Below are positions 8,962-35,025 of a stretch of DNA of 64,000 nt, one piece after another. Position 1 is the stretch's first letter. Each line of letters starts with the position of its first letter. This DNA is from Pocillopora damicornis (Eukaryota). The notes below the pieces were generated by a model that was not told where the DNA came from, searched no databases, and was given only the letters and a program-made list of their open reading frames with translations. The position numbers and the translations under genes were made by a program. The stretch spans positions 1,178,001 through 1,242,000 of the forward strand of contig NW_020845073.1 in NCBI RefSeq assembly GCF_003704095.1, read 5' to 3'.

Positions 8962-11947
8962 ATTCTAATATGGTAATTGACACCTGAAAGAAAAGATACC
9001 TTATGCATTATCGGTACAAGAACATGTCATTCTAAATATTTCTTTTGATCGGCAGACATCCCGAGTGTGCTTAAAGTGGTAAGATGTTTATTACATGATC
9101 TGTACGGCCCTGTAGGCTCTTACAATAAAATTAACATCTCACAAAATTCCACCACCACAGGTTGTTTTAGAAATAGTTGATAAAAACCATAACTACGCAA
9201 TCACCTTATAGTCTAGTTTTACTCTGAACTCTAGATTCCGTAGTCCCCCGAGCGTAATCCAAAATCCACTGTACTTGGTACACTATAATACTTTCATATA
9301 TTAAGATGGATTATTCAGTCTAGAATTTAGCCAGTAAAATAAGGAAAGAAACGAGTCGCATTTGTTTAAAAATTCTCAATTTAATGTATCGCTTAATTTT
9401 GTTCAAATCACATGTGTAACGTCACGCAACATACCCTTTCAACGGTTTCGATTGAGGGCGGACGGCACAAGATTGCTTCCTCGAATAAACGCACTCTTTT
9501 TCTTTCCAATTATAACAAACACCGACCGATGTCCGCTCCAGATGACTTAAGCGGTTTCTGCTATTATATTTCATTACTCCCCATCAATTTTAGAATTTCA
9601 TGAGTGCTGAAGCCAATATTTGCATATTAAGTTATTAGGATTCATCATACGCAAATTGGCATGGTTCTGCAAAACATTCCAGCTGTCTCTTCGAATCTCG
9701 GTATTCTTTGAGCGCTCATTCTTAGATTTTTATTTACCACAAAAACTGAGATCTGAAAAACCCGCTTAAAAGATCCTTATCCTCAAGAAATTCATAGTCC
9801 ATTAAGTGCTCAAAAGCAATGTTGGTTTCCTTAAATAAATTTTAAAACCAGGTTGTACAGCGGTCTAAACCTCAGCTATCTCTGAAATAAAATTTGACCG
9901 TTTTATTGGGGCTTTTGGTTTCTACTTTCGCGAAACATTTAAATGGCTCAAGGTCAAACAGACAACGTTTTAGGATTCAAGCTTTCAGTATCTGGCCTTT
10001 TTTTTTTTGAGAAATTCAACCTGCATAATTTGATACACAAAAATATCCAAACGAGCATAAATTAAACCTCAAACCCTTTGGTTTTAAACCCTACGCTTTG
10101 AATTCGAATTTCTATCGATTGCAAACAAAAAAAGAATACTTCTATGTTACCTTTAAAGCAAATGTTTTCAGTAGTCGTTGTCAAAGGTTGAATCGGGAGA
10201 ACCTCGCATGACACTATGCTGATCGATTTCGATTTCACCGTTCTTTTTAACACAGACTCTAGATATAATCTTCGGTTAGCTCCCGTGGAGAGAAACTTTA
10301 AAACTGGCACAGTTAAGGTCAGTTTGAGGCTGATATCTGTATGAAATACTCACCAAGATCGAAGGTCGCCGACTGCCGAGCGCGTGCAAGGGTTTGCAGC
10401 GGACTTCCCTTCTTTCCGTTTCGCTCCAGAGAGGACACGATGGCGAGACGGTGGTATTGTTTATTTCTGAGACCTGTCCAGCGGTATCTGCTATGTCACG
10501 TAAGTAATCGTAACAGATGCTGTAGTCTCTCTGCGCTTTGGAAGATTTGGCATTTATAACATCCTTGAAGCAAAGTTTTCCAAATTGGTTTGAGTATGAT
10601 TCGAGTTAAATTTTATCAAAGAGTATTTGCGGCTCCTAACAACACAGCTCCCTTCAAAATAACTACATCAGTTTCGTATCCTTTAAATCCTCCGCATCCG
10701 GTAATGACATTACTTCAAAGGAATTCAGATCTCTTACCACACGTGTAATTTTTTCTTCCTTTTATTACTTGACGTTCTGCCTTTCATCAGAGCTATAAAT
10801 TACTGTACAACTCTCCTCTAACAGACTCTTTCTTCAATTCCCCTTTTTTGCCTCCCAGCTAAACTCTGTATTTACACATTCCCGTAAGCGAATACTCTCC
10901 CGAAAGCGGACGCAGACACTTTGAAAAGCGAAACTGTCCTTTTTTTTTTTTTTTCGTTTATCTCTCTCCAAAGCGGAAACCCCATGTATATATAATTGAC
11001 TCTTGGCAGTAAGATTTGTCGGATCAATATCAGTGTCTTGAGTTTGTGAGTCAACAAAAGTATAACCTCTGACAAAGCAACAGAACAGTGTGGATCAGTT
11101 TTGTCAAATCTCCATTTGTCTGCGGGAAAGCATGCTGTGCGTTCGTTTGACAGTAACAAGAGTCCGGCTTAACGCACTCCACTACTTTTTTCTGATTTCT
11201 GCTCTTGGGAAATGTTCTCGTAGACGGAATTTTCTACTGACGCACACTTTCTCCAATTCCCGAGGGTATCCGCTTACAAAAGAGTTGACTGTACATGTGT
11301 AATCAAGCATACATATTATGGCGTAACATACCGTTCAAAATTCAGTCAAGGTATTTTCCCCATCGAAAAATTAATTTTCTACTGGACATATTCTCGGAGT
11401 ACAGTACATATTCGTTTATATTTCGTGCAAAAGTTGTCGCAATATGCGAGTGTACAGAAAAAAGGACTTCCTACTTCCCTTCCCTGTACTGATCCGGTAT
11501 GCTCTTTTGACGGTCACGTCATCTGGTTGTATTTTTGGTTGTGACGCGTGATCAGCTGTTTCAGCATCACGCTATGTCGGATGTTATCAAAAACCAAAGA
11601 ACAATTTTTAAACTAAGTAATTAACCAATTCACACTCTGAAGGTTATCAGATGACGATGCTCCCTAAAAATAAACGCAACGTAACCTTCTCGGTTCATAG
11701 TCAGTATTTATAGGAAGTTTATATCTGTTATTGAGGAAGAGAGTTATTATTTAATTTAAGAATTTAAGGGGGAAAATGATGAGAAGCTTTCTCATTTCTG
11801 TATCAAGAGGGTACTGACGGAGTAGGTGATACATTCCTGCATTTTCCAGTCCAAATTTTTCCCCAGATCTCATTTTCCAGTTCGAATTTATTTTTATGTT
11901 TGATATCCTCAGCTTCGATAAATTCGTTTTACCATTAGCACAATCGT

Positions 11948-12181
11948 GGGCTGGGTTATTCAAAGCTGGTTTAATATAACCCAAGGTTAGTGTGAAATTT
12001 TATTTCTGATCTGAAAGCTTTAAAAAATTCAGTTAAATTATTTTTGTCTGCAGTGTTATTACCGGATGCTGTAAAAAGGAAAGTGTTTGAAAAGGGCTTC
12101 CTGAATAAAGAAAAGAAGGAACCTGGATGAAAATTTCACCATGGGTTAGCGCTAATCGGCCTTCGAACAACAAGGTCCCTG
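11948..12181. mobile_element. MITE-like element with imperfect GGGC..GTTRTTC TIRs
   Basis: Begins 'gggctgggttattcaaag' and ends 'cttcgaacaacaaggtccctg'. Confidence 0.5.
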
Positions 12182-12239
12182 GTTTTTATGATATTCCTTT
12201 CAAGGCCTTTGACCTTCGAACGTACAAGCAAAATCATTG

Positions 12240-12550
12240 TCAGACAGTAGCATCAAAGATCGGATGTAAGCGTCCGGAATGGGGTTGATATGGTCTTAAA
12301 TCAGACGGAGGTGTTTATAATCGAACAAAAGCGTCCGAAATCGGGCGGAAGCTTCTGAAATCAGCTGATTACGTCTAAACTAGGACAATGGCGTCCAAAG
12401 TCAGACGGAAACGTACAACTGAAATTCAACCATCTGACAATTAATGACGCCCGGAAGAAAAGCCCAAAATAAGAAGAGTGCACGATCAAATAAATTGTCT
12501 AAAATTGGACGGATTTGTCCTTATATTAATCAGTTATAAACTCGACGGAT
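12240..12550. repeat. Degenerate ~20-bp tandem repeat (GCGTCCGAAATCGGACGGAA-like)
   Basis: Recurrent gcgtcc(g/a)aa / tc(a/g)gacgga units. Confidence 0.5.
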
Positions 12551-12777
12551 ACGTTAAGCTACTTTGAAATGAAAATTTCTTTGATATTTAGCTGAAAAGA
12601 TCCGTAGACTGAAAAAAATAGCTCACTGCACAAGCGTGTTTTTTGCTTTATATGCATAACTGTTAATGTAATTAAAGAATCTAAATACAATGCTCGCGTT
12701 CAAATAACTCAGCAAACAAACTAATGACATTCACTTCAACATATCACGTAGAAGTTCTTTTTTTTAAAAAAGAGAGA

Positions 12778-13048
12778 GAGCATTTTTCGATTGAGTGTCG
12801 TAAAACAGTGTAAAGCCAAAGCAAGCACAACAGCCATGCCCTCAGAAAAGGGAAGAATACCTTTAAAAGCCGATGGGAACTCAAAGTAAAACTGATCAAA
12901 CTGCGAACGTGCAAGTCGAGAATGGTTTTGATTGGCATTTGATTGGTTGAGTGGCGCGAGTTTTCCTAACCTTAACCAATCACAGAGCAAAGTAATTAAA
13001 AGTAAAACAAAGCAATTCGGGTTACTTGCGACACAACTAAAAATTGCT
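12778..13048. mobile_element. MITE-like interspersed repeat, same family as 3697-3958
   Basis: Termini 'gagcatttttcgattgagtgtcg' / 'cgacacaactaaaaattgctc'. Confidence 0.6.
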
Positions 13049-13276
13049 CGATCAGCGTTATGTAATTACTGTTGTTAACTTACTCGGAAGAACTAATTTA
13101 AGCGGTATAGAAGCGTCAATATTTTTCGAACATCCCATTTCTTTCTCGTCCTTCGTTCTCTTTTATCTTTTGTTGTTGACTGTTACCTTGTCTATATCAT
13201 TAATGACTTAATGATATAGACAATACCTTGCATGTCTAAACTACCATATGATATTTACAGTATTGACATTTTTAAA

Positions 13277-16200
13277 TTATTTAACAAAAATGTAGCCAAA
13301 TGCCTTCATCGACGTTAAATCTCTTAGCTGGTTTCCACAAGAATTGGAATTGTCCATTTGATAGTAACTTCCCTCGGTACCAAACCCAATTCTGGACTGC
13401 GCAGTTTGGTTGCAACGGCCTGGAAAACCAATGATTCCAATGCGAGCCTTCGCACCGTTGCCAAAATCATAATCTTCGTTAATGCTGTTAAAACCTTGCA
13501 TTTGGCATCCGTTCTGACAAGGGAAACAGCTCAAAGTCACTTAAGTATCGTTAATGACAGAATTACACTCCCAAGTAATAACTTGTCCTTCCCCTAGAAA
13601 GAAAAAATAATTATTCTCGCAAGATGGACGACGCATAAAACGGAAAAAGCAAGTATTTTGAAAATTCATACTTCTTCCTGATTTCTCAGTTTTAGTTTTT
13701 TTTTGTGTGTGCGTGTGTGTTTGTCTTTTCTTGCTACTGTTACTGTTGTTGTTGTTGTTGTTGTTGTTTCTAATACATATGTTAAAAGTTCAACTGAAAT
13801 CAATTTTGAGTGACTCGGCACAACATGTACAGGAAAATCGAGACACCATGATATGCAGATCAATACGAAAATTTCCCTTCTTCCTATCGGGGTTTTCAAA
13901 CAACTCAGGGAATTAATGCATAATCATGACAATTGTTGGACCGTTTACTCTTTACCTGGATGTCTGAGTTATTCAGCAGCTTTTTCCACTCCGCTACGCT
14001 CACGTTTGTCTTCTGGAAAGTTCCGTTTCCGATAACATCTCTCAAAGAAGAGCCATTATAGTTTAGTGCAATCCAGTTTGTCTCCCCGTTTTTAGGATAT
14101 TTCATGCCCAAACAGAGTCGATTGAATGGTGTAGACCAGAAGCTGCTCAGCTTTGTTTCTGCATCATTGAGGGTTGTTCCAGCGGCTTCGTTGTAAGCAA
14201 TAGTGTTACTCCAGTATTCGGAAGAGTAATTGAATGTTGGCTACAGCGAATTGAAAGACAAGAACAGAGTGACAGATGTTGCCTGATTCTCATAGGGGGG
14301 GAGTGTTGTGGGTACTCACCGCCCCCGCCCCCCATCCCTGAGTTGACCAGCAGCATTCCAATATAACTTCACGGTTATACAAAATCTACTGTGTCATGTG
14401 CTTTGTACCCTCCACAGTTCAGATTATCTTATTGCCTAGTCATAAGACTTTTTCTTCGTTGTTCACTTCCAAACTTTGCTTTAATTCACCCGTCGGTTAC
14501 ATTATTCCCTAGAGGTGCATTCACATAGGTTTACACGAGTATTTCCCAATTAAGGTTTACACTTACGAACAGGGTTTACCTAATGTGTCTGAGCGCGTGT
14601 AACTCTTATAAACAGGGATGATCAGGCTGGACCATATTGTCATATTTTGGGCCTGAACAAGAATGGATGAGGTGAGAGAACATATTCCTCACGCCCGCCT
14701 TTCTCCTGATGATGATAATTTAAAATCTATAAATTCATTTAAAGCACATGGTCCTTAAGCACGGCTATACCAAAGACGAAAGCTATTCGGTTAGCATTGA
14801 CGAGAAAAAAAAATTTCATGTGTGCAGTTTAGTAGCTTGCAACTCGAGGATATCTTTAATGCAAACAGCAAAAGAGCCTCTAGCGTGGTACAAGTAAAAA
14901 ATTTGCGGACGAAAAATTTTCTTATGCTTTTTCGCCGCGGAATATGGTATGGCTGAAAATGCAGTAGAAAGGAAATTTTTCCGGTTGAAAATTATTTTCA
15001 GAGTGACCTATAATATGGTGGTGCAGCATCCAAAACCTTAAGTGGAACATCAAGCATTGGTTCGACCACTGTAGCACTCTGATTTTCCGTGTGATAACAT
15101 TATCTTGGTCAAAGGACTCGTTGTGAAATGTCAAGTATCGCTAGTTACATTTCATGGCTAAATAAACCAACTAGCAATCTCACAATAACTATTCATCTGG
15201 TGGTTGAGTTATGAGTTATTCATTTATCAGAACCGCGCGCCCAGGGACCCAGAATACCTTGTGTCCATCGATTTTCATGACAAGCGTCCATCCGCCATCC
15301 CCACATCCGTGAATAGGAGTCATGTGACAGAATACATTTGCATACTTAGCAGATGAGTTAGCCCGGATGTTATAGGACCCATCCACTCGGCCTCTGAAGG
15401 ACAACGAAGAAAATAATGACTTTTAATACCAAATGTAAAGTTATAATAGAAAGATTTAAGTCTTCAGCACCATAATATAAACAATTACTATTACTTTGTT
15501 GGTATCAGTTGAATGTCATTACCATTATAATTTGAGTGCGTGTAATTAACTAAAAACGAGTAAATGAATTAGAAAATAAAGCCAGAAATCTGTTTTACGC
15601 CCGTAGAATGAGATCTGCTGCAGTGCCGAATGCATTCAGTCTACGTGTACTGAAGGTTGTGTAATCTCAAGTTCTGATTTCAAAACAATAAGGATAATTC
15701 AGTTGGTTCAGCCAGCGCTCTCTTTGCATTTTTCAACTATTTTGAGATTTTCCCATGCAGTATTATATTAATATACGAGAACAAAACCTTGAGTTAACTT
15801 TGATTCAGGTTTTGGATTTATTTTTACATTTCGAGGATCAATGTTAATGTCCTAACTACGAATTGGGGAGATTTTCGATAACAGCTCTTGCATGCCTACA
15901 TAGAATTCTCCCAGATCTCTTTGCAAGATTCGGGAAGTCTGTGGTAGGAACCTGAAATAAAAAGATAATGAGTCATATGCAGTCCAATGAAATTTTACTC
16001 TATACTCAAATACTAATAGGGACAGGGGTGTAGGGGAACCGGGATTTAAGGGGATAGGGGTGTAGGGGGACCGCGGAGTAGGGGTCAGAGGATTCTGGTT
16101 GTGTCACAAGAACATTCACAGGATCCCCTCCCTGAGGCTCTGTAGTATTCTAATGATTCCCCCCTCATTGGCAGTTATGCTTTCATACTCCCTTTTATAC

Positions 16201-19200
16201 TCAAGGAGGTTCACACGGGCCAATGAACGTTCAATGGGTCTGACACATTACTTATACGCATCTACTTCATTGTGATCATTGGTGATGCTGAGCACGCTCT
16301 GTCTGAGCAGTTGCAATTACATATACTCGCGTTAGGCGCATTATAACCCCTCCAATAATTTTTTCGTGATTCTATTGGCTACTCTAACCTCTAACCTCCG
16401 TCTACGTCGATATTTCTTCTCCGATTATTTCCGTTGAAAAGAAACAAAGCCAGCGGAAAAAAACAGGTGAAGTGTTTCACCTCTTAATCTTTATTATTTA
16501 ACATGAAAGGAAAAAGTACTTGTTTTGTAGAGTCCAGTGATAGCGACATTAAAAAAAAAAACTTATCTGAAGTGCTGCTACGGATAGTACAAAAACGTTA
16601 ACAAAATTTACTGTCAACGTACGATAGGAAAGTCTATGGGAGGGTTATGTAAAGGAGAAGGGAGGGAGGGTTATATAAATTCACCCCTTTCTGGCTTGTT
16701 AGTATGTCGGTTGGTAATGATCTGTAAAAGATTGTCCACAAATTTCACGTTTGCCTCCGTAGCTTCGTTCTCGGCCACATATTAATTTTTTGGACAAATG
16801 ATCTCTTTTCCGCGGACATTAACCCTTTAACTCCTAAGATCTGAGGTTTGAATATTCACATTACCTGTTTGCTGAATAATGTATGGATGTTGTAGGGAGA
16901 AGTTTTTATGTTAATCACTTCTGGGAGTTAAAGGGTTAACAGTGGACATGAAGGGGTTTATTTACTAAATGATTTTACCTTCGCCAGGCCTACAAGCACT
17001 CTCTGAGGTACAACTGCAGTCGCACTGACTCGAAGGCTGAACTTCTCGCGGAGGAAGAGGTTTTTTTGCTTCCTGAAAATGAATAACACAACGGTGGCAT
17101 TGAGATTATTCAGGAAAAAACAGAAAAGGGATCGAGTAACGAGTATTGCAACCCATCGACTGATTACCTCACGAAGAAAATGACCAAATTTAGTAAACAG
17201 TAAATATCTACCTCCGTAGTGTAGAGTACAGGAGTACAGTTCTGGTAAGACCTCTTAATTTCGACGTAATTATCAAGAAATGGTGTAATTTAACGTCAAA
17301 TTCGCCCACGCACAGCTTATTACGTAGTTTTTTCAAGATAATTCTTAAGATACCAATTTTATTTCAATCTTGACGCTAGAGTTGTCAACCTATTGTCACG
17401 TATTTTTTCGTAAAGTTACACAACCCTAACAAAAAGAGTTTCTCCATTGTATAGCTTTCGTTTTCTTCGGTTTCATAGGTAAAGAACAGTATCAGGTTTT
17501 GGGGTTGCTGTGCAACTTGAGTTTTCTTACCAAACAAGTCTTGTGTTGCCTTATGTTTGGACCGACTAGCGGCCGAGCACGAATTGCGGACTTATATTAG
17601 GTCACATGATCAATAGTACATGTTTTAGTGCGAGAGTAATTTCGTGCCAGGACCTTGGGTGCTGTGTTCATTTTGATTGTTGAAGTTTTGTGCTTTTCCT
17701 ACCCGTTTATCGCATAGAAATATGTAAGTACATGTGCCTCGTTTTGCAGTTTCGCTTTCGCCCAGTGAGTTGTTAATTTAGGTTCTCGTTTTCAGTTTTT
17801 ACCGTAGGTGTACGAAGATCAAGTCAAAACAACACGCAATGTCAAATGGTGAAAATGTTTAAATTTAAAGGAAGGTTTACTCAATCATGGAATGACTTGT
17901 ATTGGTGCGGCTACGCGTAAAAGAGTTCTCTGCATATCGTCCCCAACACCTTAGAGCCGTTGTTTTGTAACAGGAGAATACGTTCTCTTGAATCACAAGC
18001 CATTGAGAACTGTAGCAGTATAAGCGTAACCAGAGGATTTTTTTTTTACCGCTCCTGAGTTCGGATCTTCTAAAATCAAATCATGGAAAAGTAGGGAACG
18101 ACACTAAATAAATGGTTTATTCTTAATTTACTCTATAACTTTGGCGATGATTGCGGTGTTTTTGCTAGTTACAATTTTCAGCATCGAAGTTTTACTCCTT
18201 ACTGAGATACACTGAAAGATTGCAACGCACTGGCATTTCAAAATGCTCAGATGAATCGAAATGCTGCATGGAACAAAAAACATCTTAAATTTTCAACGCC
18301 AAAAACACAGGATTTGTATTCTATTCGACGAGAGAGCCAATGTTTGAGTTGAGCAGCTCAAACTTAAGGAACTGCTCTTTATTTATTGTCTAGTCCTCCG
18401 CAGCTCCCTCCCCTAAGCCGAAAGATAATTACCTCTCCCTTCGATCAACCCACTCGGGTGTAAATGCAAGGATGTGATGTGCTACTGTTATGCTGCTTCT
18501 AGATACTACTACTCGTTGTTGGTTTTCAGGTGCTATGGATCAAAGAGTGTGAATATAGCCTTCCCTTTGAGAGTCTCTCCTTAGAAAGTCAGCAATAGTT
18601 GTAATAAGTTATCATTCATACAAACCCCCTCCGTTTGGTTCTTTAGCAAAGAGGAACGAATATTCCAAGCATCTCTTTTTTACGAACCATCAAAGATCAA
18701 TTCTCTAACCAAAGGAAAATCGCGTGAAGGAGAAGATTTTCGAAACTCTTTTCCGTTCGTCAGCGCGTCAATAATTTTAACTTGAAGGTGGAATGATATT
18801 AAATTATCAACGTATAATGCTTGATAAAACATACAACTTAACAGCAATCTATCATAAATAAAGGTGAAACCACACTGAACAAAATTGTTTTCTCATCCTT
18901 CTTTATCATCAGGCAATGTGCGTCCATTTTGATTGTGATTCTCAAACGAGAAACAGTGGTAAACCAACGAACACTATTACAGCGATTTGACAGTTCAGCA
19001 ACTACTTGCAAGTTGCTGTAACTACTCTGAATGCACATACAAGGAGGGCAATTCACAAAATCCTTTCGTCAAAACTCGACACTAAAAACTGCGTCTACGT
19101 TGCAGTTTTAATGATGAAGACCCCCGATTAGCGGTTAAATTTCTCAAACTTCGAACTGAAATCACTCGTATTCCGCTGAAGTGATCTGCCATTTATCACG

Positions 19201-19934
19201 GCTCCAAACTAATAACAGGCGCTGAAAAACCGTCTTTTGTTAACTGTGATCAATTCAACGTACCGACATATTCATCTAAGCAATTAAAATTGGAAAAGAA
19301 TTGATGGACACAAAGGCGCTCTTATCAGTTTGGTTTTCTGCGCTCGGCTGTAAAAGATCATGAAAACCATAATGAAATCTTGTGTCAATGGTGTAAATAA
19401 CCTCGTATCGTGATCATAGTTGATGAAAGGAAAGAGATAATTAACACGCAAAATTATAAAACGTCAGAAATGTGTTTTCTGCCCGCAAGGAAATATTCAG
19501 TGAGGTGTTGATACATTGCCAATGTTTATATTTCTGTGTAAAAAAAAAAATTCAGCCCAGAAAAAAAATATCATATCAACTTTGTGATCGAAACAGAACA
19601 CTTGAAATTATTTTTTCGTGTGACTTACCCTTATTTGATGAAAGATCATTCCTTGCATTTTCAACAGTTCGTCAGACCCGGTATATGGAGGTTGTATTCC
19701 GTGTTCGTTCAAATCACAAGACTTGAAGGACGTGTCATAGTTGTACGAGATGCACATGGCGTCATCCTGGCAAGCTAGTGTACAACCCAGCCAGTCCTCG
19801 ACTAAAAGTGTCTTCAACACAGGTGTAGCTAGATAACTATCCCGTGCAGTAAAAGAAAACGCTTCTGCGCGGGTTTTTCCGATATGAAATATCACAAAAT
19901 GAAGTAAAGTAAACCAAAAAAAACCTTCAAACAT
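13277..19934 (-). CDS. Secreted PAN/apple-domain + USOMP5-like (uncharacterized skeletal organic matrix protein 5-like) protein, 369 aa
   Basis: Exons 19934-19629, 17072-16979, 15951-15900, 15393-15258, 14240-13956, 13513-13277; total 1110 nt, in frame. Signal peptide; PAN motif 'CTLACQDDAMCISYNY..CDLN'; fibrinogen-N/NEC-like 'LPESCKEI..DGSYNI..VFCHMT..GCGDGGWTLVMKIDG'; USOMP5-type 'ETKLSSFWSTPFNRLCLGMK..GFN..KARIGIIG..SRIGFG..SCGN..KAFGYIFVK'. Confidence 0.85.
16350..16970 (+). mobile_element. Crypton-like non-autonomous remnant interrupted by a piggyBac-like MITE
   Basis: Broken peptide 'FVESSDSDIKK/LI*SAATDSTKTLTKFTVNV' (~16523-16620) resembles Crypton/DUF3504-associated N-termini. The terminus 'gaaggggtttatttactaa' resumes after the MITE. 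Confidence 0.4.
16819..16939 (+). mobile_element. piggyBac-like MITE (internally deleted)
   Basis: TTAA-CCCTTTAACTCC ... GGAGTTAAAGGG-TTAA. Confidence 0.85.
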
Positions 19935-22090
19935 ACTGATTCATTTGGTTTCGTGGATGCGTACGCTCTTGCAGTTGAGTGCGTGCCTGAATGGTTTGGA
20001 TATTTCGTTGCGTCCTGGTTTCACTTATAACTGATTTAAGTCCTTTTACTTTCAGTCTTTAACTGAAGCTTTGTCAAAGAAGAGTAAAGTTTTAAAGCTA
20101 ACAGGAACAGGTCAGAAATTTACATTGTGTCAAGTTCGCAGGGATAACTGACAAGCCTTCCTGGCACAACTCAACGATTTCAATGAATCTATCATCACGA
20201 ACGAACACTTATGAATAATTACTGACAAAATCGTTCAAACAATCCTGTCAATTTCTGCCTCAAGCCTGCGACAATACGTTTTATTGCGATCATTCTGACT
20301 TAGTTTGCTTGAAATAGAACTCAGTAATTACGAACTCACGTTATTGCTGCGATTCTAACAGATTTGAAGAAATGTCAATTTTTCATTGGGAGCAAGAGTT
20401 TCAATACTCTTTACATAATATCTTAGGGCATATTGGAGACTTATTGGGTTCCTGTGCTGTTTGATCAGGTGGCCTTCTTGCGTATTCTGAAATGACATAC
20501 AGGGGAAAAGTTAATGTCAATTCAGCTAATTTCTTTGCTGTGCCAACCCACCAAAGTTTTTCCTTTACAATTACGACAAACTAGATAGAGCAGAATTCGG
20601 CACCCACAGCCGGCCAAATAAGCGCAAAACTTGCACTGACTTAGTGGAACAGTATTTTTTAATGATTTTTCAATTAAAAAGTTCAAATGATTAGAAAAAA
20701 AAATTCCGCGATTAGACTCTGAGCGAAAATGTATATTTTTAATTACGTTTACAACCGAGCATCAGTTCAAATTTATTTTATCAGTCTCCATGAGAGATAT
20801 AGCTGAGAAAATTTTTAGCTCTCCAAATGGCCTGATACGAACAAGAATTAAGTGTGAGTCGCGTTTATTCAGTGAAGTTGTCATAGCAGTCATAACAAAT
20901 TTTGCTGTTTTTTTTCCAACTCTCTCCCTTAGTCAACATATGTTCTCGGATAAGAGTGTTAAGTTCCATGGAATAATCTTAACCTGCTGTTTTTGGTTTA
21001 AGACAGTATCTGCATTAACTTTGATGACTTTGAAAAGTGACAAGCTGGTGACGAAAATCAATTCATAATGTTTGCACTAGGGAGCCAAAACTATAAACAC
21101 AATTTCGAGAACAAATTAAAAGAAAGTGTGATTGAAAACTGTCTTCAAGATGATTTGCATAGAGTTAGTGAAGAAGTTTAATTTTGCAAGCGAGAGCACT
21201 TCACATAAAGACGTTTTTCCTGTGTGATATTTGAATTTGAATACAACACCATAAAATGTTTACTGCGAAGGGAAAACTCCGAGAGTGACTTACATTTTAA
21301 CTTGACGAAATATATTTGTTATCGCAATTGTTCATGACAGAAAAAAAACAGGTGAATGGTCTGTAGGACGTGTGGGAAATATTCCCTGTTTTTTTTTTTT
21401 TTTTTTTCAATTTTATTTCAGCTGATTTCAAACTTGTAAAGATCACTGCTACGGTGAGGAGAGGCCAGGAGAGGTTTTTTTCACCCCTCAAAACACCGGC
21501 CACCTGACAAGTCCTGAGCTTACGTTCTATTGTAGTCCCAGACCCCATGAGGTTTTGCTGAACTAGCAGATGCCCACGGAATGGCTCACATCAGTTCGGT
21601 GGTTACGTTCTAACACAATTCGGATAAATCTGAATCTTTCCGTTTTAAAACCGATATTAACCTTCATTGACTAAAAAGAAGCAATAGCTATGAGTTTATG
21701 TTTACGGGCTTAAATATATTTTACATTAATTCAATTATTACATAACTCACTCGTATGAGCTCTGATCATGCATATTTTTTTTCTATATCTAAAAAAACTG
21801 ATAGATTACCCATTCCTTTAAATAGTTCCCTCAATCATCTCCCTACCGAGATATGACCCGGGCGTGACTGCGGATACTTATAATAAGTAACATTATTAAT
21901 TCATTATTATTTCCTTTTTCACTTTTTATCAATAATTGAGCTTGCATGTTGCTTTTTCATCAAATTTCCAGTCATATAGGGATGGACGAAGAAGCAGGGG
22001 AAAAATTAGAGAAAATTGCGCAATGATGAAAAAATAGAAATAGAAACTGTGGTGCGCCATGAGCATGCATTGCTCACGCTGGCAAAATAC

Positions 22091-22098
22091 CACGTGAC
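22091..22098. promoter_or_regulatory. CLEAR-like E-box (CACGTGAC) ~100 bp upstream of the GAA ATG
   Basis: 8 contiguous bases of the GTCACGTGAC TFEB/MiTF consensus, in the proximal upstream region of a lysosomal hydrolase gene. Confidence 0.5.
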
Positions 22099-22198
22099 AT
22101 CTTTCCACTAACTGCTCGTTGACAAGGCACCTTAAAAAGGTGTATTCTTTTAAAATCTTTCATTGTTAGTCGCACCGTCGTACCTGTACGGGTGAGCC

Positions 22199-35025
<12,827 letters not shown>

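Noticed and set aside
10440-10505. + strand ATG exon-like segment (MARRWYCLFLRPVQRYLLCH then GTAAGT)
   Set aside because: No downstream partner exon or homology found; may simply be a CpG-rich regulatory region upstream of the Ly6 gene.
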